NCBI RefSeq assembly: GCF_036321535.1
Contig: NC_087472.1
Coordinates: 96,784,001 to 96,848,000, forward strand
Source of the DNA: Camelus dromedarius
Lineage: Eukaryota
DNA: 64,000 nucleotides
Direction: 5' to 3'
Both the position numbers and the translations under genes were made by a program. Below, one piece after another: positions 26,058-37,769 of the stretch. How positions within the stretch are numbered: the first letter of the stretch is position 1; each line of letters opens with the position of its first letter. The notes under the pieces were generated by a model that worked only from the letters and a program-made list of their open reading frames with translations, made no database searches and was not told the origin of the DNA.

Positions 26058-29000
26058 ATACCCTACACTATGAAGATTGTTATGAAGATTAATGAAAATT
26101 GTTGTTATGGAGATTAATGAAATAACAAAATCACAGCATCTGGCACATAGTAGATGCTCAACATAGCATTACTGTATCACATAGAATATATTAATCATGT
26201 ACATCCTGCACTTTCATATTCATAATCTTATTTAGTCCTTATAGCAGCTCTGAGGTAGTTTATTTTTAATCCCGTAAATGAAGTTTATTTTTATCCCCAT
26301 AAATGAAGAAGAGCCAGGATCTAATTCAGTTTCCTTTGACTCCAAGTGGAGCATTCTTTCCACCAAACCCAAACTGCCCCTGGACCATGTTGCTCTGCAA
26401 ACAAGGATCATTGTCATTGTAGATTTAGCTGTTTTGAAACCACTTTTATTGTTGTTATTGACTGGATGAAAGAAAGCAGTATAAGCACTGAGGTGGAAGA
26501 AGACAGGCCTGGCCCGCAGCTGGTAGAAGGCTGCCTGAGCTAAGCTGGAGGTGAATGCCACCACTCCCAGCCCCCCTTTAAAAGGCTCTGCCTGCCGTGC
26601 CCGTGTCATTATGAAAACAGAGAGCTGTGAACACTGCTTGCTCCCAGAAAATGTTGCTTCCCTGGAAACCTCTGAAGTTCAGAATTACCTTGCCATTGAT
26701 GTCAAGTCTGGGGTAGGGAATGTACAAGATGAGCCTGGGACATTTTAAGAGCAAGGAAGTTAACAACGAAAGGCTTTTGGGGTCATGTCCCAAGGATTCT
26801 GAAGCCAACTTGAAGAAGCTCCCATTGGACAATTAGGGAAATCCAAGCTTCAATCAGAAAAATAATGGCAATAGATCAAGAGACATCGGAAAAAGTCCAT
26901 GAGTTAATAAAGATACGTGAGGGGGGGAACCTAATTGGAAGATGCTGGGGAAGCCAATTCAGTGTTTTAAAACCTAGTAAATAAAAGGGCAGTCTCAAGC
27001 ATTTATCTTGCCTTTGCTGGGTCAGCTGTACTTCATGGTAATGAAATACACGATTGGAGAAAGTTCTCTTTACAGAAGTATTTTAGGTAAGAAATGAAGA
27101 AGGAATGATAGAATATCACATTTTGAAACTCCTAATGAATCAGTGCACCTAGGTATTAATAGCAATGGCTGCTAGCATCACAAAAAAAGATAACCAGACA
27201 TTATATGCGTCTTGATGGGAAAAAATATTATCTATGAAATATTGTTGCTGAAAAATCAAGCCTAAATCTGATCAAGTTGGGGCTCAATTGGTAAAAGTTT
27301 TACCTCTGACGCCTTTGGCCTTTTTTTAACCAAACAAAAGCAGACAGTATTGCTTTATGGTCTCAGCAATGTTTGTCAAACTCGAGTAACATGGACCCCT
27401 TTCAAAGGAAAGAATTCTTACAGAGCCCCAGTGGTGATTGAAATTATTCTTGTTGTATTATTTACTATAGACATACAAATAGATTTGAGCATTTTATGTT
27501 TGTGGCTCCTATACAACTGTAAATCATATACATTTATGAGTCAAATGCAAACAAAACTACTAAACTAATAAAATTCAAAGGGACAACACTGATTTAATGT
27601 GAGAGGAAGGTGTTTTGCTGAATGAAGTTGCTGCTTGCAAAGGAACATGGTACTGATGGCTGGGGTGGATGTTTTTGGTTTCAGCACTGTATGCCATTGG
27701 CTGACACAATTCTCCCACCATTTTTCTCTAAAAACTCTCCAGGAGATTCTCCTTCATGCAGTGTAATGTCACTTCACTTGGTCTTTGCTTGGCAAGAGCT
27801 TGTTGTTAATGACGTGGTGCCAAGGTGAGCAGCATAAACACAGACTGAAATGGTTGTACTAACAGTTATGACTAGGATTTGATTACAAGGTGATTATCTA
27901 GATCAGTGGCAGTGAAACCCGGCTTTACTTTGGAATGCATATTAAAATATAATTAAAATAAGAGCCTCTCAGGGTGGGGCATTAGGATTTCTTAAAAGCT
28001 TTCTAGGTGATTCTGGTGTGCAGCCAGTACTGAGAACTACTAATTTCAGTGATCCAGAAAACGCTTATGCAGTTGGCCCTCCATCTGTGAGCTCTGTATA
28101 CGTGGATCCAACTAACCGTGGATGGAAAATATTCTGAAAAATCAATTCCAGAATCCCCGTTGGATACTTAGGGACAACTGTACTGATTATTCTTTGGAGT
28201 ATAATCCAAAAGAAACACCAAATTCAGTCATTCTTAGAGAGAATATGAGGTCCTCTGAGAATATGGCAGTGAACTCTCAGGGGTTTGAGAAATTTGGTTT
28301 GGAGTTTGATTCCCAGGCCTAGTTGTGTGGCCTTAGGCAACTTAACCTCTCTGAAGGTTAGTTTCTCATTATAAAAAGAAACTAATAATAGTATCTACCT
28401 CACCGGATGTTTGTGAGAATTAGGTGACATAATAACTATACAAAACACTAAACAATGCCTAGTTCCTGGTGAATACTTAGTAAACGTTAGCTCTTATTAA
28501 CTATTATGTTGATAACCACGTGGAAGGTACTAAAACTTTTGCTGAGCAGATGTGAGCCACAAGAAAGAAAGAGGTGATGGAGGAAGAGTGTGTTGGCAGA
28601 ACCCTGTGAGGAAAGGCATTTGGTGGCCGTTGTTAGATGAGGCAACAGAGGCAATGTTGATGGGGGCGAGTGGCAGCTGGGTTCGGTAAGGGTGTGGGCC
28701 TATCAGCCAGAGCTGCGGGTGACAGCTGACTGGCATGAAGCCCAGACCCACGGCACAAAGAAAAGAGATGAGAACGAAGCACAGAGTCACCCTGAGATAA
28801 CAGTCCAGAGGAAGAGATGATGAAGCAATGATACTGAGCAGCACCCTGTGGGCTCCCCCACCACAAACCCCTGCCTGTAGTTTATGGAAAAGCTGAAGTC
28901 TCCCAGGCCTCCTTGAGTCATAGATGAGTAGCCCAAGCAGTTGATTAGGACAAGCCTGCAGGCACTGGGGGATGGCGATGACTCTGACCCCCTGTCTCAA

Positions 29001-29124
29001 CAATTAACTGAGATTTCCTTTTAAAACTTTCATGGCTGAACAGAATCTTTGGAGATGGTTTTTTGAGGGGGATGCTGGATCCACCAGATTGAAGGCATTC
29101 TGATTAAAAGCAACTTTCCATTTT

Positions 29125-29691
29125 TGTTATCAAGGCTGTTGCCCCCAGGATCATATCCCTGCCCCTCCCTCAAATAGAAACCAGTTACTCTTATCTAAGT
29201 CTCAGGAGGCAGCTGCAATGAGAAGAAACAAGAATTGGTGAGAACCAACGGAGCCCAAGATGGTGGAGGATTTGACTTCCAGTGGACCTTGAGCCTCATC
29301 CACTCATTGTAATGTATTAGCATGCTAAGTGACACACCCACCAGCGCCATGACAGTTGGCAATTGCCATGACAACAACCGGAAAAGCCCATACCAGGACT
29401 GAAAAGCCCATACAAGGGCTGATTGGCTCCATCACACCTGGAAGGAGGACATGATGGCAGAAGCCTCTCATAAAAGTCCACGTGGCCTGAGCCACAGCTG
29501 GAGCTGTCTCTGCCGGCCTTCTTGGCTGGCGACTCGTCGCTCAAGTGCTTTTCTTCTTTTCCTCTTTTGGAAAATAAAGCAACTTTTTCACTTTGTCCCT
29601 CTGCCTCTGCTGCTAAATCTTTCACAGCCAGCGGGAAGGACCCACACTTTGGTGGGCCTTCTAATTTAGGGGGTCTCAGTGTCCACTAACA
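29125..29691 (+). mobile_element. ERV solo LTR
   Basis: TGTTA...TAACA ends; TATA-like CATAAAA at ~29469; AATAAA at ~29573. Confidence 0.7.
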
Positions 29692-31942
29692 GCAAGAAGA
29701 CAAAGATAAGGCCAGTCAAGCTGGTAGAGTCCCAGGAGCAGACATGGCCGCCTGCGGACTCTGAACAGGAGCTAGGGTCTGGCTGGTAGGTGGTGGCTGG
29801 CTTCCCAGGGCCCTGCCAGCTCCCTCAGCTGCTCTGAGCAGCCACTTGTCTCAAGGAGCAATGCTAAGTGCCATCATTTAGGGCTTGCTGGGGACTCAGG
29901 ACTGGGTAGAGTGGGTGTAAAGCATTAATAAATCATTAGGTTTCTTCTGAATTGTTGCTTCTGCATTTCTGTGAAAAAGACTCTTACTTTCTTTCCCTAG
30001 AAAGGCTGCCCCATGGAATCTAAGCAGTTGATGATCTTGGACTCTGGTTTGGACCATGACAGATGGTGCCTCTACTGTCAACCCTGTAATCAGATGTGTA
30101 GCAGGATGTCTCGTAAGTCTCTGTGTGGACAAACCCAGCTCCTTCCTGTTTTAATAGTATGAAAAATTTTGATTTTATAATTCTTTTAAGGGAGATAACT
30201 TAGTATATAACAGTTTAAAAAAACAACTACATAGAGAAAACCCCAAAATATCCTTATATAATAATTGAAAGTCCTTAGGCCTGAAGTACTATTCTTCCTA
30301 AATGATCATGTCAGGTATAATATTTTAGTAAAACAGTAATTTAAAAGTTATCTTTACAGAGGCATTACTTACATGTACCCCTCCCCATGGCCCCCTTTCC
30401 AGGTTTATCAGTGTTTATTATTTCCTTTCATATAATTTCCTCAGAACATGTTCTCTTGCCTGGTGATTTCAAGCTTTACAGATTTGTTTTATGGTTCAGT
30501 TTTTAAAGAGGTATCTTTATAAAAGAGTTGAACATTCAGTGGGCTGTTGCTGTGATGTTTTCGGTTCTAAATTTTTAACTTAAGGGACTTCTTTAAAGTA
30601 GATACAGAAACTTCATAAAAGCTTTGATGGCGGCAACACTGGGCCTTTAGAGCTAAGCTCTAAGAAGACTGTGAGAAAACAAAGAGTTACATTGTAACTC
30701 ACTTGGTTAATCTAATTTATTCACATATTTAACCACAGTCAGCATGTAGTTGTTTTCCTCAAAGAGGCCCACTTTCCAAAACACAATTTTCAAAATGTCT
30801 TCTTTCCCCACAAAGCTCCTTCTGTTACTGTTAACTCTTTTTATGCCTGCCAGTGTTTCTCTCCTGTAGTTAGTTATTTGCCATCCTAGCAGGACCCTGG
30901 TTGAGAATGGACTCAGCCTGTTTTCATGACGTGCTCTCTAAGCCACCAGTAAATCCCAAAGCTCACCTGTTAAATACAGTCCAGGAACCCACTTGTTTAT
31001 ATGGCTACTCTCTAATTTAGGAAACCATAAAAGACACTGAAACCAAGGGCTGCAGGACGAAATCCCCCTTGGACTGAGAAGCCCAGTATTTATTTCCTGG
31101 AGAACACAGAAAAGAGTACTGCTTTTTAGTTATCTGATGACTTCTTTTGGAAAACAGTAATCTTGGAAATCACTGCAGTGGTATTAACTACCACTTTCAT
31201 TATTGTGGGAATTAGTGGGTTTAGGAATTTAGGTCAGTGTTATGAGTAATAAAAGTTCACCTGTCTAAAACTGTCTCCTCTTCAAGCATCTTTAGGAGTT
31301 TCTTTTTCAGTCTTGGAGAAAGCTTTTATTCACTTCTTCTCCCCACCCCCCAGTTTTCACTCCTATTGTTTCTGGACATAGAAGCCCGTTGTGTTAATGC
31401 AGTACCAAATTTCCGATTGGTACCTGTGTCCAACTCCAGCCTTTCTTTTAGTTTACAAATTTCCTATACAAATGTGGAATTTTTGTTGCTGCCCGATTAG
31501 CAGTTTCCCTCCAGAATAGTATTTTGTGTGGGATGAGGTTGTTGTGGGCAAGATGTTTTTCCCCCCAATTTCCAGTGTTTCAGAATCCCATTTCCACCTC
31601 TTTCACTCGTAAAAGAAATAAGCTTTTTCATTGTGGGCCTTAGTTTCTAAGCTCCTGCAAATTCTGTTGGATTAAGTGTACAATGTCCTCAATGTAAAGT
31701 TATATTTTACATGTTGCTACATATATAACTTTGGGATTCAGCTGGCTTCTTTCTAGACTTTCAGAGTACCAGCACAGCACAGCTCCTGACCATAAGGCAC
31801 TTTAAATTGGGTTAAAAACTCTTAAAATAATTTTAAAGTTATGTTTCCTGCCCATTTTTATTTTGCACTCAACAGAGAGAAGTGTCTAAAAAATAAGGGA
31901 TTAGTAAAAAGGCTTACACCAAACAATTAAATCAAAGGGTAG

Positions 31943-31948
31943 TTTATT
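31943..31948 (-). terminator. SAT1: SAT1 polyadenylation signal AATAAA
   Basis: AATAAA on the minus strand ~330 nt after the stop, followed by a T/GT-rich tract. Confidence 0.85.
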
Positions 31949-32275
31949 AAAAAAGAATCAAAACAGAAACTCTAAGTACCAGTGTGTACATTGTACACAT
32001 TTAAATGACTCACAAGAATGAAGTTTTTTCATAGACATTATCATACCACCTTGTTGTTTATCAAAAGATGTTCAAGAGAAATCTGACTCCAACCTGCATA
32101 CAGGATTGCCATCTTAAACAGACCTTATTTCAAACATGCAACAACGCCACTGGTAATAAAGCTTTGGAATGGGTGCTCATTCTATTATTTCACTACGAAT
32201 AGGATAGAAAGCAGAATAAGTTGAGAATTTAATCTAAAATAGAATGGAAGCTGTCATTGTCTACACCAGCACTCC

Positions 32276-32446
32276 TCACTCCTCTGCTGCCATTTTTAAC
32301 AAGTACTCCTTGTCGATCTTGAAGAGTCTCCATCCCTCTTCGCTGGACAGATCAGAAGCACCTCTTCTTTTGTAGAAGTTGATAGATGGTTCATTCCACT
32401 CCGCTACCAAGAAGTGCATGCTGCTGCAGCGACATTTCATCGCAAC
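32276..32446 (-). CDS. SAT1: SAT1 exon 6 coding part ([12 protein letters not shown]...LLKMAAEE*)
   Basis: CAG|GTT acceptor; TGA at 32276-32278; the six exons sum to 516 nt = 171 aa + stop. Confidence 0.98.
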
Positions 32447-32575
32447 CTGGTACACGGGAGAGTAAAACACAAACTCAGTGACATTTCACCTGCTTTTCAA
32501 GACCCAATTTTGATTCAGTCATTCAGATTATCCATTACCCCTTGCAAATCTAGAAACCAAAAAACCTAGACGTAC

Positions 32576-32616
32576 CTGGCTTAGATTCTTCAGAATTTCT
32601 GATCCTATGCCAAAGC
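32576..32616 (-). CDS. SAT1: SAT1 exon 5 (FGIGSEILKNLSQ)
   Basis: TAG|GCT acceptor, CAG|GTACGT donor, 41 nt; completes the acetyl-CoA-binding RGFGIG loop. Confidence 0.98.
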
Positions 32617-32713
32617 CTAAAGGAAAAAGAAGTACCATTTTAAAAGTCATTTTAAAGCACTTCAAGCCCTGATTTCTCTTTAGAGCAGCTACCCCGCCAG
32701 AACTCAACCATAC

Positions 32714-32815
32714 CTCTGTAATCACTCATCACGAAGAAGTCCTCAAGATACAACAGTTTGCCAATCCATGGGTCATAGGTAAAATAGTACATGGCAAAAC
32801 CAACAATGCTGTGTC
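32714..32815 (-). CDS. SAT1: SAT1 exon 4 ([33 protein letters not shown])
   Basis: CAG|GAC acceptor, GAG|GTATGG donor, 102 nt; GNAT motif A region. Confidence 0.98.
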
Positions 32816-33767
32816 CTGTAATAAGAGTATCACACGCGTTATGGATGAAAGACAATCTGTCAAAGTTGTAGCTGCAAAATCAGAAGCCTATCATAAGTTT
32901 TTAAAAATATACATGCATGTATTATACAAATAAGCTACTGGACTGAACTGTCTTGACTTTTATGCTAGTGCAGTCCAGGTCACTGTTGGATGATCTCGCT
33001 GTTCTTAGAAAATGTATTTGCAAAAAGCACATATTAGAGCTAGCTGAAGCCAGGCTAAAACCGTAGACTGGCCACTCTGCAATCTGTTGGATCTCACACT
33101 CAGGAAGTGAGAATGCTTTCATTACTTGCCAGAGAGAAAGTGCTATGGTCTTAAACTAAACACACACATTATTCACATCCTATTGATATACTGGTATGTT
33201 GACTTGGGAATAAGTCAGGTTTACACGGCAGTTCAGAATAGTAAGTATTTGTAGTTTAGAAACTCTGCTTCCTTAAGGTCAGGACATCAGGCCAAAAGTA
33301 CAATGTTTAATTTCAGAACTTGCCTTCCAATTCACACATTTTCAATTTGCTCTTCTCAGTTTTTAAACTGGAAGCAGCAGAGGTATCCAGGTATGATGTA
33401 ACATCCACATACCTCTAGAAAGTACCTCATCCCTTATGTTTTCTGCTCATTTTTTCCAGCTTGAGGAAATGACCTCAGAAAAAAAACTTAAGCGCCCTTC
33501 CCCCCGCCAACTTCCCCTTTTAGCTCTGTCTTCTGACCAGTCAACAAGGACCAGCAAGGAAAAAAGAAAACACACAAAAACAAAAAAAGGAAGAAAGAAA
33601 GAAAAAAAAGCATCTGACTCCCTTTTAATGGGTGTCTGTAATTCCAATTGGAGGCAAAGGTTTCAAATTAAACTTTCTAGCCATTTTATAGTCCTTTGCA
33701 AACAGGAAGCGAGTACAATGGAGCTTCTGATCTACCGTGTTTTAAGTGTGTGATAGTAGGGCCTTAC

Positions 33768-33877
33768 CTCATTTATCATGATCATCTACTTTATTGTGTA
33801 AAGGATCTTTTAGTTACCTCCCCGCCCATCCATGTACACGGAAGGGCCATGTACATGGCGAAGCTAGAGACTGTAAC
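33768..33877 (-). other. SAT1: SAT1 alternative poison exon (exon X, SSAT-X NMD isoform)
   Basis: 110 nt, CAG|GTTACAG...AAATGAG|GTAAGG; in-frame TAG at 33864-33866 after G-Y-S-L; matches the known polyamine-regulated 110-nt exon between exons 3 and 4. Confidence 0.95.
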
Positions 33878-34280
33878 CTGAAGATTGGGACAAATTAAAG
33901 AAAAAAATGTGATTTAACACAAATACAAAAAAGGTTACGTTAGGGTCAAATAAGAACCATTTATGAAACTGAATTACAACAAACGACTTTATGCCTAATT
34001 TTTCCGGGTCTCCACAGCATTCTGATACTTACTTAATCAGCTCAAATTCTTGAGGGTCTCCACAGCGCTGATACTTAAATAGCTCTTTTAACCCGCCCTA
34101 ATATTAAGTGCAGCACATTTATTTTTTTTTCCCTCAGTAGTTGGAACACTGGCTGGCTATTTTTCTGGCCAACTTCTCAGTAGGTAACTCGAGCCTGTGT
34201 TGCCAGTGGTTCTACACAGCAGACACTACGTCTTACACAACACTTGGTCTCTCCAGCTTCTGGAAGTGGGGGGCAATTAC

Positions 34281-34364
34281 CTTCCGGAGTCAGGTTCTCC
34301 TTGGGCACTTCTGCAACCAGGCAGTGGTAGAAAGGGTGCTCTCCGAAACCATCCTCTAGCAGAT
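34281..34364 (-). CDS. SAT1: SAT1 exon 3 ([28 protein letters not shown])
   Basis: CAG|ATC acceptor, AAG|GTAATT donor, 84 nt. Confidence 0.98.
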
Positions 34365-34454
34365 CTGAAAGAAGGGGCAACAGGGACAGTGTTGGCCTCG
34401 GTCAAGGTGGAAGGCACCGGACGCTCGTCGCCCGCCCCGCCACTGACGCGTTAC

Positions 34455-34506
34455 CTTTTTCAGTTAATATTACTTGTTCTTCCATGTATTCGTATTTAGC
34501 CAATTC
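34455..34506 (-). CDS. SAT1: SAT1 exon 2 (ELAKYEYMEEQVILTEK)
   Basis: CAG|GAA acceptor, AAG|GTAACG donor, 52 nt, in frame. Confidence 0.98.
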
Positions 34507-34721
34507 CTGGGGCGATGCACATAGAAGAAAGGGAAAAAGCAGAAAAGTAAGTGAGGCCCCGACCGGGCCAGCTCAGAGGGAATGGGGTGGGCGAGGCGGC
34601 GATTCCTTCTCGGAGTCTCCGGCCGGGGCGGGGGAAGGAGGGCGGAGAAAGCGGAACCTGCCGGAGACAAGGACCTCATCCCCTGACTCCCGCCCCGGGA
34701 GGATCCCGTGCCTCCCGCTAC

Positions 34722-34787
34722 CTTAATCAGCCGCAGGATGTCACTGCAGTCGGCGGCGGTGGCCGGGCGGATCACGAATTTAGCCAT
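34722..34787 (-). CDS. SAT1: SAT1 coding exon 1 (MAKFVIRPATAADCSDILRLIK)
   Basis: ATG at 34787; 66 nt; AAG|GTAGCG donor; matches the N-terminus of mammalian SSAT1. Confidence 0.98.
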
Positions 34788-34861
34788 TTTCGTCTTTTGC
34801 TTTTCTTCCCTTTGCGGACCAGGCCCCTGTACTTGAACAGCAGGAGGAGGTGGTTCCTCAT
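34772..34861 (-). promoter_or_regulatory. SAT1 uORF2, 29 aa, overlapping the main AUG out of frame
   Basis: MRNHLLLLFKYRGLVRKGKKSKRRKWLNS*; its stop lies inside coding exon 1. Confidence 0.8.
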
Positions 34862-34889
34862 TCGTCTCCCGGGAGCGTCCTCTTTCCAG

Positions 34890-34904
34890 TCAGGATGGCA
34901 CCAT
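34890..34904 (-). promoter_or_regulatory. SAT1 uORF1 (MVPS*)
   Basis: ATG GTG CCA TCC TGA in the 5' leader. Confidence 0.8.
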
Positions 34905-35224
34905 GACCCGACGAACCTCGGCAAGCAACGTAACAACAACAGCAGACTGCGACTAGAGCCGCGCCGTCCAGCGTCCGGGCTCTGCTTTTTAGCGTGAAGT
35001 AGCCCCGCCTCCGGCCTTGAGGCGGAGGCGCCTCATCCAATGAGGCCGCGACCGCCCCCACTTCCGGGCGCCTCCCTCTCTTCCGGGCGCGGGTGTGAAC
35101 CCTGCCCGCGCGGGCGGGGGCACGGGCGGCGGGGCGGGGCGGGGCGGGCCGGGCCGGGCCGGGGCGGGGGCGGGGGCGCGGGCGCGGGCGCGGGCGGCGA
35201 GGCACGCGGCGGGGCTTTCTAGCG

Positions 35225-35238
35225 GCGCCCTCTAGCGG
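35225..35238 (-). promoter_or_regulatory. CTCF-like motif CCGCTAGAGGGCGC
   Basis: Close match to the CTCF core consensus; binding not shown. Confidence 0.6.
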
Positions 35239-36754
35239 AGCCTGGCGGAGCCTTCCCGAAAGCCCGACCTCGGAAACTACGCGTCCCTTTGTAACCTTTG
35301 CAAAAGGAAGAGAGGGGTTCCTCTTTTGGTCTTGGACCGGTGACTTTGCTGTTTCTTCCTTGGCTGGCTAGGGAGGGAAATTTAGAAGACCTGGCCTTGG
35401 GCGATGGGAGGATTAGGGGATTAGAGTAGCGGTTCTCATAGGGTGGCCTGGGGGGCCCTGTGGGTCCCAAGAGCCTTTCTGAGAGTCTCCGTCAAAATCA
35501 GTTTCATAGCAATAGTAGGATGTCATTTGCCTTTCTTACTGTCGCTGGAATTTTCCAGAGGAGACTTGATGTCTGATGACGTCATCAGTCTCATGACTAA
35601 AGGAATGTGTGCTTGTATGTTCTTGTGTTTTTCTAGAATTTCCTAAGGTAAGCTATTTGGATTCCTCAATAATTTTTTCCCCTTCGACTGGTAATTTTTA
35701 GAGTTAACATAATGTTTTCTTTCTTTCTTCCTTCCTTCTTGTTCTTTCTTGAATCTCTGACCTTCCTTGTGAAAATACTTTTCTTCTGCCTGGGGTACCC
35801 TCCTTTAATACTTCTCTTGGTGAAGGTCAGCTTTTGTAAAATTTTCTGTTTTGCTTTTCCAAATATGTCTCTAATTCATCTTAAAATTCTGGAAGGATTT
35901 GTTTTGCTGCTCAGAGAATTTGAGGTTGGAAGTTTTTTCTTTCAGTATATCAGTGACAACCTGTCTTCCGGCTTCCATTGCTGTTGAAAGTTGTGGTCCC
36001 TACTTGCTCCATCCACTGTGCTTCTCTTTTTTCCTTTTTGTTTTGAAATAATTACAGATTTCCAGGATATGTGATGACATCATTGCTCTGGTGACTAAAC
36101 GAATGTGTGCTTGTGTGCTCTCATGTTTTCTAGAAGTTTCGAAGGCAAGCTTTTTGAATTCTTCAATAATTTTTCAGTGTCCTGAGAGCAAAATGTTTGA
36201 GAACAGTTGGATTCGAGTATAGCTATTCCTGGAATGTACCCAGGGAAGAAGTATTCAAGCCTCTTGAAGGTAGTTTTTCTTTTACAGCCCACCTTCCCAG
36301 ACAGAGCCTCCGAGGGCCCTGCTTTGGCTGCCCTGCCTGGGTTCCAGGATGAGCCAAAGAGAAAGCATAAAAGGGGCCTGCAGTGTTTTCAGTTTGTAGG
36401 TTGGACTGTTACCAAATGACCCACGCTAACATTCAACAAGTAATTCTCTATTTTTGCTTGAAATATCCTGTATGTAGAAAAGAGAGCAAAAATAGTTTCT
36501 CTGTTACCCTTCCCACCCTCTGGGGATTTCATGCATCGTGAGTCACCGTGAGAGGTTATGAAATGTCTTTCTCAAAAATCTTTTAAAATAGCTTTGATTC
36601 TCATCTGCCTGAGCTACTTCAGGTAGTGTCTTTCCTGACACTATGACACATGGGTGACCATGCATAGGCCCTTCCCTCCTGCTTTGGTCTAACTTGTGGG
36701 TGGACCCAGGAGAGCTTGTTACAGAGTCACTGCTAAACAGTCAGTTAGAGCTTC

Positions 36755-36765
36755 ATGACTAAGCA
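36755..36765 (+). promoter_or_regulatory. ARE/NF-E2 site ATGACTAAGCA, candidate polyamine-response element
   Basis: Fits RTGACnnnGCA and contains 8 of the 9 bases of the human PRE TATGACTAA; ~1.8 kb upstream of SAT1. Confidence 0.6.
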
Positions 36766-37769
36766 CTAATGACAGCTGCCTCCTTGAGGCAAAAACAAGG
36801 CCATTTTCAGTATGAACTGCTTGGTTTTTGAGACTAATGGTCGACTCATTGAAACACATTATCATTTGTTTCTATTTATTCTGTTTTTCCAATTTAAATT
36901 CACTTTGCCACTGTGACACGGATAGCCTATTCTGAAAAACAGGTGACTAAAAAAAAAAAAAGCTCATTGTGATTGTGCATGTGTAGAAACTTAGAACCGT
37001 AAGAAACGTGAATTTTCTTCATGGCTGTGAATCAAGTTAGGCTTTTCCATCGTCAGGAATAGGTACTTGCCAGGAACAACCAACATTATCCCCTCTTGAT
37101 ACTGGAGTTTATATTTAAAACCACATTAAAAGGGATTAACTGCCTAGCATTTGGAAACCTTAATTTGGTTAATGAGTCAACACATCAACAACTATTTACT
37201 AACTATTGTGCTAGATACTTGGGGGTTATAAAGGAGGACTAAGCTTTGAAACCAGCCCCCAGGGCATACAGTTTACTTTAGAGATGTGTTTGTAATTTAC
37301 TATAACAGAATTTAGTATTTGTGAGAAAGAGAATTCCCATAACAGAAGAGGTCTGGGTAGGGGGAGAGTAGGAGGAAAGGAAATGGCCAAGGTGCATTGT
37401 GGGTGTTTTACATTCATTGTCTCGTTTAATATCAGCTGTCTTGTGAAATAGCTCTTGTTAGCTCCATCTTACAACTGAGAAAACCAGAGGCTCGGAGGGC
37501 TATGAATTTGCCATGGCCAGGAAGTGGCAGAGCTAGGAAAGAAGGAATTCTGTTGATTTCTGGCCAAAGTGAAGCTGTCCAACCTGCCCTATTAAACTGT
37601 TATGGAAGGTGCCATCATTTTTTTTTTCTGTTTGTAAAAATAATGCATATTGATTAAGAAAATTGGAGTAATGCAGAAATGAAACAGTTAATACCTGTAA
37701 GTACTTTGATTTCCTTTGTCTTTTTTTCTAAGTACATATACATATAGGGCTGATATTCAGTTGGTATAT

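Larger units (their letters stand above)
34400..35300. promoter_or_regulatory. CpG island and SAT1 promoter (GC boxes, CCAAT, ETS motifs)
   Basis: High GC and CpG density; tandem GGGCGG at ~35120-35190; CCAAT at 35037; CTTCCGG at ~35061 and ~35080. Confidence 0.9.

Noticed and set aside
34858..35205. Pro/Arg-rich 115-aa ORF and other CpG-island ORFs
   Set aside because: A by-product of stop-poor GC-rich promoter sequence; no recognisable protein.
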